A DNA stretch of 44,040 nt from Dolichospermum sp. OTE_70_metabat_362_sub (lineage in GTDB: Bacteria > Cyanobacteriota > Cyanobacteriia > Cyanobacteriales > Nostocaceae), in the NCBI GenBank assembly GCA_031374905.1, contig JANMGZ010000665.1, positions 1 to 44,040 on the forward strand, written 5' to 3'. Below, piece by piece: positions 27,093 through 37,495 of the stretch. The stretch's first letter is position 1. Each line of letters opens with the position of its first letter. Under the pieces are notes generated by a model that saw only the letters and a program-made list of their open reading frames with translations, had not been told where the DNA came from and made no database searches. A program made the position numbers and the translations under genes.

Positions 27093-29543
27093 TTAACCAA
27101 CATTAGTTAATAACAACTCCCGGGTTTCCGACTTTCTGACTTTCACTTGACCATCATCGTCTACATCCACAATAGCCTTATCACCATTTGCGATTTCCCC
27201 GGATAAGATCGCTTCAACCAAAGAATCTTCCAAAAGACGCACAATAGCGCGGCGTAATGGTCTAGCACCATAGCTAGGATCATAGCCTTCTTGGACGACT
27301 TTCTCTTTAAAAGCTTCTGTAACTTCTAAAGTGATATTCTTCTCTTTGAGACGACTACCAACATCACGCAGCATGATTTCAGCAATTTGCTTGACTTCAT
27401 CCTTGTTAAGTTGAGTGAAGACGATAATATCATCAACACGGTTGAGGAATTCGGGACGGAAATAAGCTTTGAGTTCTTCGTTAACTAAGTTACGAATCCG
27501 ATGATAACTAGCTTCTGCTGCATTATCAAACTCAAACCCTAAGCTACTACCACCTTTTTCAATTACCTTAGAACCGATATTAGAAGTCAAGATAATTAAT
27601 GTATTCTTGAAATCTACTTTCCGGCCTTTCGCATCCGTGAGATGACCGTCATCTAAGATTTGCAGCAGCATATTGAATACATCGGGATGCGCTTTTTCGA
27701 TTTCGTCGAATAGCAGCACTGTGTAGGGTTTGCGGCGAACAGCTTCCGTTAATTGTCCGCCTTCGTCGTATCCTACATAACCTGGAGGTGAACCAATCAA
27801 CTTGGAAACGTTGTGGCTTTCCATGTATTCGGACATATCCAAACGCACCATTGATTCCTCAGAACCAAAGAAGTAAGCCGCTAAGGCTTTAGCTAATTCG
27901 GTTTTACCTACACCAGTAGGACCGGAGAAGATAAAACTAGCAATGGGACGGTTAGGACTCTTTAAGCCGACACGAGCGCGACGAATAGCGCGGGAAACAG
28001 ATGTAACGGCTTGTTCTTGTCCGATCAATCTTGTATGTAAGGTGTCTTCCAGATGTAGTAGTAACTCTGATTCAGATTCAGTTAGTTTGTTAACGGGAAC
28101 ACCTGTCCAAGAAGCGACAATTTGAGCAATGTCTTCTTCGTTGACTAGGGGAGCGTTGACAGTTTCCTGATTTTCTTCTAAATCTAGTCTGGCTTGAAGT
28201 GACAATTCTTGTATCCGCAATTTACCAGCTTTGCCAAAATCTTGAACTCTGATGGCTTCAGATTTGGCTTTGGTAGCGGTGGTTAGTTCCCGTTTGAGTT
28301 CCTTGTTATTCGCAATGCGCGAGTGACGTAAACGCACACGAGAACCAGCTTCATCAATCAAGTCAATGGCTTTGTCTGGTAGGAAGCGATCGCTAATATA
28401 ACGATCTGCCAATTCAGCCGCCGCTACTATTGCTTCATCTGTAATATGGACTCTATGGTGCTGTTCATAAGCGCCGCGTAAACCATAGAGAATCTCAATA
28501 GTTTCGGCTACGGATGGTTCTCCCACCAAAATTGGTTGAAAACGTCGTTCTAGAGCCGCATCACGCTCAATATGTTGACGATATTCATCTAAGGTAGTCG
28601 CACCAATACACTGGAGTTCACCCCGTGCTAATGCTGGTTTGAGGATATTAGCTGCATCCAACCCGCCTTCTGTGCCACCTGCACCGACTAAGGTATGGAT
28701 TTCATCAATCACTAAGATGATGTTCCCGGCTGTGCGGACTTCCTCCATGATTTTTTTGAGGCGTTCCTCAAAATCACCCCGAAAACGAGTTCCCGCGACC
28801 ACAGACCCCATATCCAGGCTGATTACTTGCTTATCGAGCAGGACTTCGGGAACGTCTTGATTGACAATGCGTTGCGCTAGACCTTCAGCGATCGCTGTTT
28901 TCCCAACACCAGGTTCACCAATTAAAACCGGGTTATTTTTGGTTCTGCGACCGAGAATTTGGACAGTTCTTTCAATTTCCTGCTGGCGACCAACTACCGG
29001 GTCTAGTCTGCCCTCCTGAGCTAGTTTGGTGAGGTTTCTGCCAAACTCCTCTACAGATAAATTTTGATTGCGCTGAGAATTACTTCTACCACCAGCCACA
29101 ACTGCCGTATCTTCACCTAATCGACTCATTACAGCCGAACGGATAACTGGTAAATCCACTCCTAGATTTTGTAATACTTTGGCGGCGACTCCTTCACCGG
29201 CCTCCGTTAAACCTAATAATAAGTGTTCAGTGTTTATGTAATTATGTCCAAGACTGTGAGCTTCTCGGAAAGATTGCTCAAACAGACTTTTTACTTTCGG
29301 GGTAAAAGGAATTTCCGGTGGGACAAACCCAGAACCCCGGCCAATTATTTTTTCTACTTCCCGACGGGCTTCTTTGAGGGTAACACCCAACTCAGCCAGC
29401 ACCTTAGCAGCAACACCTGTTCCTTCTCCCATTAGACCCAGGAGAATTTGTTCTGTTCCTACAAAGTTGTGTCCCAGTCGTCGTGCTTCCTCCTGGGCTA
29501 ACATGATTACCCTAATGGCTTCGGAAGTGAAGTGTTCAAACAT
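27093..29543 (-). CDS. clpC: ATP-dependent Clp protease ATP-binding subunit, ClpC paralogue
   Basis: Two Clp-N repeats, two AAA+ modules ([16 protein letters not shown]), a UVR-like middle domain and an LGF ClpP-docking loop. Confidence 0.9.
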   Translation of the reverse strand: MFEHFTSEAIRVIMLAQEEARRLGHNFVGTEQILLGLMGEGTGVAAKVLAELGVTLKEARREVEKIIGRGSGFVPPEIPFTPKVKSLFEQSFREAHSLGHNYINTEHLLLGLTEAGEGVAAKVLQNLGVDLPVIRSAVMSRLGEDTAVVAGGRSNSQRNQNLSVEEFGRNLTKLAQEGRLDPVVGRQQEIERTVQILGRRTKNNPVLIGEPGVGKTAIAEGLAQRIVNQDVPEVLLDKQVISLDMGSVVAGTRFRGDFEERLKKIMEEVRTAGNIILVIDEIHTLVGAGGTEGGLDAANILKPALARGELQCIGATTLDEYRQHIERDAALERRFQPILVGEPSVAETIEILYGLRGAYEQHHRVHITDEAIVAAAELADRYISDRFLPDKAIDLIDEAGSRVRLRHSRIANNKELKRELTTATKAKSEAIRVQDFGKAGKLRIQELSLQARLDLEENQETVNAPLVNEEDIAQIVASWTGVPVNKLTESESELLLHLEDTLHTRLIGQEQAVTSVSRAIRRARVGLKSPNRPIASFIFSGPTGVGKTELAKALAAYFFGSEESMVRLDMSEYMESHNVSKLIGSPPGYVGYDEGGQLTEAVRRKPYTVLLFDEIEKAHPDVFNMLLQILDDGHLTDAKGRKVDFKNTLIILTSNIGSKVIEKGGSSLGFEFDNAAEASYHRIRNLVNEELKAYFRPEFLNRVDDIIVFTQLNKDEVKQIAEIMLRDVGSRLKEKNITLEVTEAFKEKVVQEGYDPSYGARPLRRAIVRLLEDSLVEAILSGEIANGDKAIVDVDDDGQVKVRKSETRELLLTNVG

Positions 29544-29786
29544 AGCGGGTTCTTTCCCTCGTGCTGCTTGGACTTGGGGTGAGATATAATTTCACCCTTA
29601 TCTTAAGTTTCTTGTATTTTCTTAAAGATAATGTATCTTTATTTTAAGCTGAATGGCAGTAGTGAGAGCCGTAAGTGACAAGGCGTACTTGCCGTCATTC
29701 AGGAATAATAATGGATAATTAGCAATGTTCGAGATTTTTTGATCTTGAGTCGTTGATGTGTTGCTAACTCTAAACTGGTACTAACT

Positions 29787-30083
29787 ATGACAGAATATTC
29801 TGGTGGTAAAGATCAACAACATCCACTCTACAACCGCGATCGCCCCCTTATTGATATTTTACTCGCTCAAGACGCAACCGATTACAATTTATCAGAATTG
29901 GCTAGACTAAAAATTCGCTATCAAGGTTTTCCAGGAGCGCGAGACATCCAAAGTAACATCCATAAAGTTTTGCAACGTTGGGGTTTAACAGAAGCTGAAC
30001 TATTTGAAAAAACCCGCCAACTCCATGATATGGGCGGAATTTACAAAAGTCGTGGCAAAAAAGATGAGCAGGATTGGAATTAG
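29787..30083 (+). CDS. DUF3288-type conserved cyanobacterial protein
   Basis: DQQHP, ELARLKIRYQGFPGARDIQ and WGLTEAELF. Confidence 0.78.
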   Translation: MTEYSGGKDQQHPLYNRDRPLIDILLAQDATDYNLSELARLKIRYQGFPGARDIQSNIHKVLQRWGLTEAELFEKTRQLHDMGGIYKSRGKKDEQDWN

Positions 30084-30104
30084 TTATTGGTGATTGGTGA
30101 TTGG

Positions 30105-31550
30105 TCATTGGTAATATTTCTCCCTGCTCCCCTGCTTTCGATATTCGCGGAGTTGCTGGAGGAGTTGTTCTTGGGATGAATTGGGTGGTTCTGGGAGTGG
30201 GTGGGGGGTTTCTTCTACTTTTTCCAGGGTTTTGGGTGTGGGATTTATGACTAAGTTTGGACTGCGCTCAACTACCGCTATTTGTTTTTGGGGAATAGGT
30301 GCGGTAATTACTACCTGTGATTGATTAGCAGCAGCTTTGAGAGAATCTAGAGTTACAGCTACTTTAGTTTGTTCTTGTATGTCTTTGCTTGAAGAAACTA
30401 ATTTACTTAGACCATTAACCAATCGAATCATGTTTTGGCGGAACTTAGGATCGCCTGTTAATTCATCTAAATCAGCGGTAATTTTTTGGGTGTTTTCAAA
30501 TGTTGATCTAGCTGCATCTAAAGTTTGTTGTAGTAAGACAATGTTTTTTGGATCATTTAAAGTTTTAGAAGCATCTTTTAAATTGGCAGAAGCTTCGGCT
30601 GCATTTGCAGATAGGGTTTCTAGGTTATTTAACAATTTTCCTTGAGTTAAGCGATTAATGGCAGGTGATAAACTTGTAATTGTTTGACGAAGTTGGTTAC
30701 TGGTTTGGGTCATACTATTCAAAGTACCAACTAAAGAAGAACGATTAGTAGTGATGAGATTGTCTAAGTTGCCAAGTAAGCGGCTTGCTTGTTTAGCTGT
30801 TACGCTAAAATCTGCTGCTGTTGCTCCTAATTGATTTGCTGTTTTAGTGGTGGTTGCAGTTAGTTGGACTGTAGAACGTTGTAATGTAGATGCTGTGCCA
30901 GAAAATACACCTATTTGTCCCTTAAAGGTTTTACTCAAACCTTGCAAATCCTTAGTTAAGTCGGCGATATTAGCAGCAGCATTAGCGGATGTTTCTAAGG
31001 TGCGATTAACATTTTTATAGAACTTTTCGTTACTATACTGAGCCGCAAAATTAGCTGATTGACGAACCAGTTCGTCAACACTGATGCCAATTGCACCTTT
31101 TAAGCGAGAACCATTACAAATAATCAGGCTGGAATTACAGTCTTTATCTAGGGGTTTGGCGGACACATTCCCAACTAAATCTCCTTTTGGCGTAATATCA
31201 ATAATATTTTCACTAATTAATCCACTTTGATTGGCTTCAATTAATGAGTTACTGGGAATCGTTAAATTAGGTGAGGTAATTTGGATTTCTACATCAATAG
31301 CATTTGAGCCGGGTTTAACATTGGTGATAGTTCCCACTTTTACACCACGAAACCTTACGGCTGAACCTTTTTGCATTCCCCCAGCATTAGCAAATTCGAT
31401 AATTGCTTTATAGGAAGTTTGTCCGGGGGTAATTCTATTCAACCACAGTAAAATTACGCCAAATGCGCCTAACCCTAGCAAGAGCAACAATCCTACAGAA
31501 CCTTCTCTCCATGTGCGTGCAGACGTGAAACTGCTAATTAGACCTCGCAT
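30105..31550 (-). CDS. MlaD/MCE family (Ycf22/TGD2-like) lipid transport protein
   Basis: REGSVGL TM anchor, MCE domain (AGGMQKGSAVRFRGVKVG) and a long helical region. Confidence 0.88.
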   Translation of the reverse strand: MRGLISSFTSARTWREGSVGLLLLLGLGAFGVILLWLNRITPGQTSYKAIIEFANAGGMQKGSAVRFRGVKVGTITNVKPGSNAIDVEIQITSPNLTIPSNSLIEANQSGLISENIIDITPKGDLVGNVSAKPLDKDCNSSLIICNGSRLKGAIGISVDELVRQSANFAAQYSNEKFYKNVNRTLETSANAAANIADLTKDLQGLSKTFKGQIGVFSGTASTLQRSTVQLTATTTKTANQLGATAADFSVTAKQASRLLGNLDNLITTNRSSLVGTLNSMTQTSNQLRQTITSLSPAINRLTQGKLLNNLETLSANAAEASANLKDASKTLNDPKNIVLLQQTLDAARSTFENTQKITADLDELTGDPKFRQNMIRLVNGLSKLVSSSKDIQEQTKVAVTLDSLKAAANQSQVVITAPIPQKQIAVVERSPNLVINPTPKTLEKVEETPHPLPEPPNSSQEQLLQQLREYRKQGSREKYYQ

Positions 31551-31601
31551 TTATTCCTCCACCAAAAAAAGTAAACTTGGCAATGTTCTTTAACTTGGTA
31601 C

Positions 31602-32405
31602 TTAACCCGCTACTTGAATGGGTCCATGTACACTTCCACTCATAAACTGTCTAATTAAAGGATTTTCTGTGTGATTTAAGGCAACTACTGTATCTTGCCA
31701 TTGCACTTTTCCTTGATAAAGAAATACTATTTGATCAGATGTCCGCCGAATAGTGCTTTCTTGGTGAGTGACAATGCAGTATGTACTACAGACTCCTTGT
31801 GTATTTTGTAAATCGCGGATTAAGTCCTCAATTACTGTTGAGGCAATGGGGTCTAGTCCAGCCGTAGGTTCATCGTATAATAAAACTTCGGGACTGTCTG
31901 TAGGAAGCTGAGGATTAGACATAATGGCCCGAGCAAAGCTTACCCTTTTTCGCATCCCTCCAGAAAGTTCTGACGGGTAAAGATGACTAATATCTGCTAA
32001 CCCTACCATTTCTAATTTTTCATTGACTAATTCCCGAATGTGCGATCGCTTTAATCGAGAATTTTGATAAAGTAGAAATCCGATATTTTCTTCCACTGTC
32101 AAGGAGTCAAATAAGGCGGCTTGTTGAAACACCATACCAATCCCCACAGAATCAGTACCATCTTCAATTAAACCTTCTCGTTTTACCCCTTGAATATAAA
32201 TTTCTCCTTCATCAGGTTTTAACAACCCGGCTATAATCCTTAAAACTGTTGATTTACCAGTTCCCGATGGTCCAATAATTCCTAGTGCTTGTCCTCGATA
32301 TATCTTTAAATCAACATTATCTAGAACCTTGTTGTTGCCAAAAGTTTTGGAAATACCTCTTAATTCAATTAATGGTTCGGTGGTTTGTAATTGGTTATTG
32401 GTCAT
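31602..32405 (-). CDS. ABC transporter ATP-binding protein, MlaF/TGD3-like
   Basis: GPSGTGKS, FQQAALFDSLTV, LSGGMRKRV and YDEPTAGLDP; adjacent to the MCE gene. Confidence 0.9.
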   Translation of the reverse strand: MTNNQLQTTEPLIELRGISKTFGNNKVLDNVDLKIYRGQALGIIGPSGTGKSTVLRIIAGLLKPDEGEIYIQGVKREGLIEDGTDSVGIGMVFQQAALFDSLTVEENIGFLLYQNSRLKRSHIRELVNEKLEMVGLADISHLYPSELSGGMRKRVSFARAIMSNPQLPTDSPEVLLYDEPTAGLDPIASTVIEDLIRDLQNTQGVCSTYCIVTHQESTIRRTSDQIVFLYQGKVQWQDTVVALNHTENPLIRQFMSGSVHGPIQVAG

Positions 32406-32554
32406 TGGTATTAGGGAAAGGGGAACAGGTTGAGAGAAATCCGCGTTAAATATATTTTCTCATTCTGAGTGCCAGAAAGCTGAAGGAAGAATCCCAATTT
32501 TTCGTTAATTTGTGAGATGCTTCATGGAGCTATCGCTCCATTTAGAATGATATC

Positions 32555-32842
32555 TTACACTTCTGGTAACAGTCTTTCAGAATTTTCAGGAAAATTCAGC
32601 AATTTAATTTTTGTCGCGTTGATCTCAATTTTTCCTTCTTGACTTAATTTATAAAAAGCACGAGAAAGGGTTTCGGGAACTGTCCCCAATAAAGCAGCTA
32701 GTTGTCCTTTTGGTAAATCGAGTTCTACAATATTAATATTACCATTACGTTGGCTCAATTTTAACAAATAATTACTCAATCTTTCTGGAATTTCTTGAAA
32801 AGAAAGACTATCAACTAAATGGGTTAATTGTCGCAAGTGTCT
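32555..32842 (-). pseudogene. C-terminal HTH fragment of a Crp/Fnr (HcpR/DNR-like) regulator
   Basis: LSFQEIPERL..YLL...LPKGQLAALLGTVPETLSRAF. No sensory domain and no convincing start. Confidence 0.8.
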
Positions 32843-33427
32843 AAATTTGGTTATATTATTACAGATTATAACTTCAATTTATAGTTAAGGAAATTGTCAG
32901 AATCAGGATATCCAGGATTAAAGGATGAACAGGATGAAAACCGATATGTTATCACCAATTACCAGATTTAGGAAAGTGTTATACTAACTATAAAATACGA
33001 TTTAAGTTTTTATCTGTTATCCTGCCATGCTGATTAAAATCTTTACAAAAATTTAAATATGTATTGATTATTTGGGCAGTTTTACTTTCTGTCAGTAACA
33101 TAGTCAATATAAGCCTGATAACTATGAATAATTTAAGATTTTTTAGTATTTTTCAATTTGTACAAGTGACTTTTATTGTAATACTGCTAAGTTCAGTATT
33201 TTTTTAGCCATTACCGACAAGGATATTTTAATTATTTCAGCCTACATCATTATATTTTATTAAACGAGTACTGTTGTATTTTATATTTATTTGTATTTGA
33301 TAAGCATTCGGTTAGATATAGTAAAAACAGTATCTATTGAGTAGCTGTTTACATAACTTATATGTTTGCAAATTAAGACTCTTGCACTACGTTTTGATTA
33401 TAGCTTTACTAAACTTTACAAATAAAC

Positions 33428-33441
33428 TTGACTTAAATCAA
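33428..33441. promoter_or_regulatory. Fnr/DNR-type box upstream of the hcp pseudogene
   Basis: TTGAC-TTAA-ATCAA versus consensus TTGAT-N4-ATCAA, about 60 bp before the hcp ATG. Confidence 0.65.
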
Positions 33442-33502
33442 GAATTTCCCCAACGGAAATGAATACGCTGGAAGCATAAAGATTCGAGGAAAGACTTATC
33501 TT

Positions 33503-33797
33503 ATGTTCTGTAACCAGTGTGAACAAACTACCCGTGGAGATGTCTATCATTAGTGGGGTGTTTGTGGTAAAAGTCCTGAAGTTAATGAATTGCCAATTGT
33601 CAATGGTATTATCTTGGTATAAACAGAAAGCGATCGCAGTTTTATTAACCTTACTTCATTGAGGTATCCAAAATATTCGCATTAGTCCTACACTTCCTGC
33701 TTTTCTATCAGCTAACGTCATCAAATTACTATCCGAAACCTATCATCTGCAACTCATTACCACTCCAGAACAAGATTTAGCTGCTTGTCTTGGTTAA
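33503..33797 (+). pseudogene. hcp: Hybrid cluster protein (hydroxylamine reductase) pseudogene with a large internal deletion
   Basis: N-terminal MFCNQCEQTTRGDVYH*WGVCGKSPEV is joined directly to C-terminal NELP/fs/[37 protein letters not shown]...DLAACLG*. RBS GAGGA lies upstream. Confidence 0.88.
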
Positions 33798-34013
33798 ACT
33801 TAATAGAATTGGAGTTTAGCACCTCGTTAAGACTGAACAGAATCATGAAATCCATTAATTCATCTGCATCGGCGTTTATCTGCGTTTATCTGCGGTCAAT
33901 TATCCTGGAAATCTTATTTTATGCAGCTTCATTTAATTTTGTCTAAACTCCAAGATCACCCATAATCTATAATATTTTCTCAAGCAAGCCAATTTCTCAT
34001 TTAACTCAAGTTT

Positions 34014-34403
34014 ATGTCTCCTTATCCTAGTTTAGTTACCGTTTCCGCACTTATACTATATTTTGTAGTCACAATTAATGTGGGTAGAGCAAGATTTAAA
34101 TACCAAGTACCCGTACCGCAAACTACAGGAAACATCGATTTTGAGCGCGTGCTAAGGGTACAACAAAACACCTTAGAACAACTTGCTTTATTTATCCCGG
34201 CTTTATGGTTGTTTTCTATTTATGTTAGTCCTATTTGGGGTTCAGTGCTTAGTGCAGCTTGGGTAGTAGGAAGAATTGCTTACGCTTGGGGCTATTATAT
34301 AGCCGCAGAAAAACGTGGTCCTGGTTTTGCAATTAGTTCTCTCAGCAGTATCGGTCTAGTTCTTGGTTCGCTGGTGGGGATTATTTTATCTATGGTGAAA
34401 TAG
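34014..34403 (+). CDS. MAPEG family membrane protein
   Basis: VGRARFKY and FERVLRVQQNTLEQ; four TM helices. Confidence 0.9.
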   Translation: MSPYPSLVTVSALILYFVVTINVGRARFKYQVPVPQTTGNIDFERVLRVQQNTLEQLALFIPALWLFSIYVSPIWGSVLSAAWVVGRIAYAWGYYIAAEKRGPGFAISSLSSIGLVLGSLVGIILSMVK

Positions 34404-34406
34404 TTC

Positions 34407-34446
34407 AGGAGGTAGGGGCGCAGGGCCTGCGCCCAGTCAGGAGTCA
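34407..34446. repeat. GTAG-type REP hairpin embedded in CAGGAGT repeats
   Basis: 40 bp identical to the reverse complement of 42599..42638. Confidence 0.85.
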
Positions 34447-34454
34447 CCAATTAC

Positions 34455-35546
34455 TTACCCAACTAAATCGGGGAAGACTTCTTGGACTGCGGAATGTACA
34501 AGCCGATGATTTTGGACGTTTAAACCTTTTGCTAAGGCTGGGTTAATATCTAAGGCTTTAATACCTAGTTTTGCTAGTTGGAGCGTATAGGGTAAGGTGC
34601 TGTTGTTTAGAGCTTGTGTTGATGTCCAAGGTACTGCTCCTGGCATATTAGGAACGCCATAATGTACAACTCCTTCATCAATGTATACTGGTTTAGTGTG
34701 AGATGTGGGGTATAATGTTTCTACACAGCCACCTTGATCTACAGCGACATCTACAATTACTGAACCTGGACGCATTTGTTTAACTAATTCACGAGATACT
34801 AAAATGGGGGCTTTTTTACCAGGAATTAAAACTGCACCAATAAGTAAATCTGCGTCTTTAACTACGGTTTCAATATGGGCGGAGTTGCTATAAAGTATCT
34901 CTACTCTCGAACCAAAGAGGGTTTCTAGGTAAGATAGGCGTTCCACGTTGACATCTAAGATTTGCACTATTGCACCCATGCCTACGGCGATTTTTGCGGC
35001 TTCTGTACCGACGACACCACCACCTAAAATCACGACTTTACCGGCTTTGACTCCGGGGATACCACCTAAAAGTACGCCTCTGCCTCCTTGTTGACGTTCT
35101 AGGAATCTTGCGCCAAATTGGACGGCTAACCGTCCAGCAACAATACTCATGGGGGTGAGTAAGGGGAGTTTATTTGCTCCTGGTTGTTCTACGGTTTCAT
35201 AAGCGATCGCACAAGTGCCACAATCAATTAACTGTTCTGTTAATTGGCGATTCGCCGCTAAATGTAAATAAGTAAATAACAACTGTTCTTTTTGCAAAAA
35301 TTTATACTCACTTGTCAAAGGCTCTTTGACCTTAACAACTAACTGCCGATTCCATGCAGCATCGGCAGTATTGACAATTTCTGCGCCAGCATTACGGTAA
35401 TCTTCATCAGTAAATCCCGCACCAGTACCAGCTTCAGTTTCTACAAAAATATTATTACCGTTTTCTCGTAATACCCGAACACTGGAAGGACTTAAACCTA
35501 CCCGAAATTCTTGATCTTTAGTTTCCTTGGGAACACCAATTTCCAT
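34455..35546 (-). CDS. ald: Alanine dehydrogenase
   Basis: MEIGVPKE...EFRVGL, KVKEP, FTYLHLA, GGGVVG, VAVDQGGC and VPNMPGAV. Confidence 0.95.
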   Translation of the reverse strand: MEIGVPKETKDQEFRVGLSPSSVRVLRENGNNIFVETEAGTGAGFTDEDYRNAGAEIVNTADAAWNRQLVVKVKEPLTSEYKFLQKEQLLFTYLHLAANRQLTEQLIDCGTCAIAYETVEQPGANKLPLLTPMSIVAGRLAVQFGARFLERQQGGRGVLLGGIPGVKAGKVVILGGGVVGTEAAKIAVGMGAIVQILDVNVERLSYLETLFGSRVEILYSNSAHIETVVKDADLLIGAVLIPGKKAPILVSRELVKQMRPGSVIVDVAVDQGGCVETLYPTSHTKPVYIDEGVVHYGVPNMPGAVPWTSTQALNNSTLPYTLQLAKLGIKALDINPALAKGLNVQNHRLVHSAVQEVFPDLVG

Positions 35547-35657
35547 TGATAGCCTCTTATGTTTTATTGTTTCACTTTAGCCTGGCAGTACCTAGCAGAT
35601 TATTTCAGTATTCAGTAATTCAAAATGCAAAATTTTTATTCTCCTTAACGCTACACC

Positions 35658-35714
35658 TTGACTAATTGGCCAGTTTTCTTACAATAGATAAAGAATAATT
35701 AAAAATTGTTAAGT
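35658..35714 (+). promoter_or_regulatory. Candidate hli promoter overlapped by HLR1-like 10-bp periodic repeats
   Basis: TTGACT-N16-TACAAT, with TTACAA, TAAAGA, TTAAAA and TTAAG at 10-bp spacing. Confidence 0.45.
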
Positions 35715-35728
35715 ACCGACAACTATCC

Positions 35729-35840
35729 CTAGTACCGCAGGGCGGAATTAAAAATTAACAATTAAAACTTAAAAAAGCAGACTAAACAAGCTTTTTGTGG
35801 TTTTTTTAATTGTTGATTGATTTACGCCGTTGTGAACTAG
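35729..35840. mobile_element. MITE-like insertion (CTAGTAC...GAACTAG ends) upstream of hli
   Basis: Imperfect inverted ends CTAGTACCGCAGGGCGGAA / TTACGCCGTTGTGAACTAG enclosing AATTAA(A/C)A repeats. Confidence 0.6.
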
Positions 35841-35904
35841 TAATTTACTTGAAAAATCCTTGTAAATTTTTGTTTGCCAATTATCAAGAAAGGAATCACT
35901 GATT

Positions 35905-36075
35905 ATGACACAACAACAACCAACCATTACCCCCAAATTAGAAGAACCTAAATTTGGCTTCAATGAATACGCAGAGCGTTTAAATGGTAGAGCGGCTATG
36001 ATTGGTTTTATTTTAATGGTAGTAATTGAATATGCTACCAATCAAGGCGTAATTGCATGGCTTGGTCTAAAGTAA
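35905..36075 (+). CDS. High-light-inducible protein (HLIP/SCP, 56 aa), missing from the ORF track
   Basis: MTQQQPTITPKLEEPKFGFNEYAERLNGRAAMIGFILMVVIEYATNQGVIAWLGLK with the ExxNGRxAM chlorophyll-binding motif; AAGGA RBS. Confidence 0.95.
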   Translation: MTQQQPTITPKLEEPKFGFNEYAERLNGRAAMIGFILMVVIEYATNQGVIAWLGLK

Positions 36076-36137
36076 ACCTCTAATTTGGCGTTATTGGTAA
36101 ACTTGCGTGGCATAGTCTACTCAACTATAAATGTATA

Positions 36138-36167
36138 TGTAGAGATGTTTCAGGGAACGTCTCTACA
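36138..36167. repeat. GTAG-type REP-like palindrome
   Basis: TGTAGAGATGTT-TCAGGG-AACGTCTCTACA. Confidence 0.7.
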
Positions 36168-36422
36168 TTGGCTTGAGGTTTATTTTTTTCCTCATACCCC
36201 CAAATTAACTTGGTGCTTCAGTCCTAGTAGAATAGGAATAAATGTGATCATCCTCAAAAAAATTACTTCTATGGGTGTTAATTACCGTACTCTCTTTTTT
36301 GCCCAAGGAAATTAAAATTACAATTGTTTGTGCTATTATTTGCCTTTGATGAAACAGACAAATTGTAGTTGGGATATTCTGAGTAAATTTATACAAAAAC
36401 TCTAATGGGAACTAAGTAAGCT

Positions 36423-36722
36423 GTGATGAATGCTGTATTACCTCGTTTTTTAAAGTCAGCCTACCGCAAAGAACCTATCATTAGTGCATTGATAACAGCG
36501 GGAACAATAGATGCTCTGATTGGTGGTTTGGATGACAGTTGGTCACTTTTCTGCTTTGGTCTAGGAACAGCCGGAATAGCTCTCGTCTTTAAATTATGGC
36601 GAATGCAACAACGTCCGTCGCTACCAGAAGAGCCTGTTGTTCAATATTATTTACCTCCTCAGTCTTCATCTGATCCTTTACCTGTATTAAAGGTTTCCAA
36701 GAAGAAACCCCGTCAGCAATAA
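36423..36722 (+). CDS. Hypothetical small membrane protein
   Basis: FLKSAYRKEPI N-terminus, two hydrophobic segments and a Pro-rich tail. Confidence 0.7.
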   Translation: MMNAVLPRFLKSAYRKEPIISALITAGTIDALIGGLDDSWSLFCFGLGTAGIALVFKLWRMQQRPSLPEEPVVQYYLPPQSSSDPLPVLKVSKKKPRQQ

Positions 36723-36761
36723 AATAGTTGAGGTGCAAGGTTTTGTGATTAAAATTTGTCT

Positions 36762-36963
36762 CTGTACAGGACAAAAATAGAGAAAAAGCTGGCAAAGGAA
36801 ACAGAGAAAGGGTTTCATAGAAAGTTACCACACAATCAAAGAAACCCCTATGAACCAGATTAACCTATTACGAGACACACTAAAAACACACTTGGAATGG
36901 CATGGAGCGCGTCTAAGCTTTTTAGCGTGATTTTTAATATCTTTATTAAGAGTAAAGACAGTT
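36762..36963 (+). mobile_element. IS4-family left end with transposase 5' remnant
   Basis: End motif GTACAGGACAAAAA, then ATG 36850 MNQINLLRDTLKTHLEWHGARLSFLA*FLISLLRVKTV (internal stop, truncated). Confidence 0.75.
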
Positions 36964-37162
36964 GCACTACAAGCTTTTATTGTTTGTGAATCGAAATTTA
37001 GAATAGTGAAAAATGTAAGACAATCTACATTATAAATGCCAATAAATAAGTAGACTTATCAAAATAGAACAAGGAATTATTAAAATCGAAGCAATTAAAA
37101 CTTTTATCGCATAGGTAAAACTTCAAACTTCAAAAAAGCAATTTCGGCATTAGTAGTAATTT

Positions 37163-37387
37163 GTGCAGCAATATCTTTATAGTCCCTCAAATAACCGCGT
37201 AGAGATAGAAGATATACTAGAAGATTCCCCTAGTTTACGTCTCTACTCAGCAGAAATTTTTGATGTTGCTTATCAACAAGCACTAAAAAAAGTTAGGCGT
37301 GAATATCCCCAATACTCATTTCCTGATACATGGCAATTTAATCGAGAAATGGAATCAATTCTCAATCAAGATTTTTGGCTGGACTAA
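37163..37387 (+). pseudogene. C-terminal fragment of a DUF29-family protein
   Basis: RVEIEDILEDSPSLR...AYQQA...FPDTW.F...ILNQDFW; N-terminal half absent. Confidence 0.72.
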
Positions 37388-37495
37388 AATACAATGCCTG
37401 GGAATATCTATAAATTCTAGCATTCCCTATTCTCCCAACGTGAGTTAAAATCCTAATATCTTCATCGCAACTCAGACACGCAGCAGCCATCTACC

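Noticed and set aside
33027-33207. Possible frameshifted small membrane-protein gene in the AT-rich spacer of the hcp locus
   Set aside because: Hydrophobic translation is expected by chance in very T-rich DNA, it needs a frameshift, and no motif supports it.
35769-36041. 90-aa minus-strand ORF
   Set aside because: Antisense to the clear HLIP gene and the MITE.
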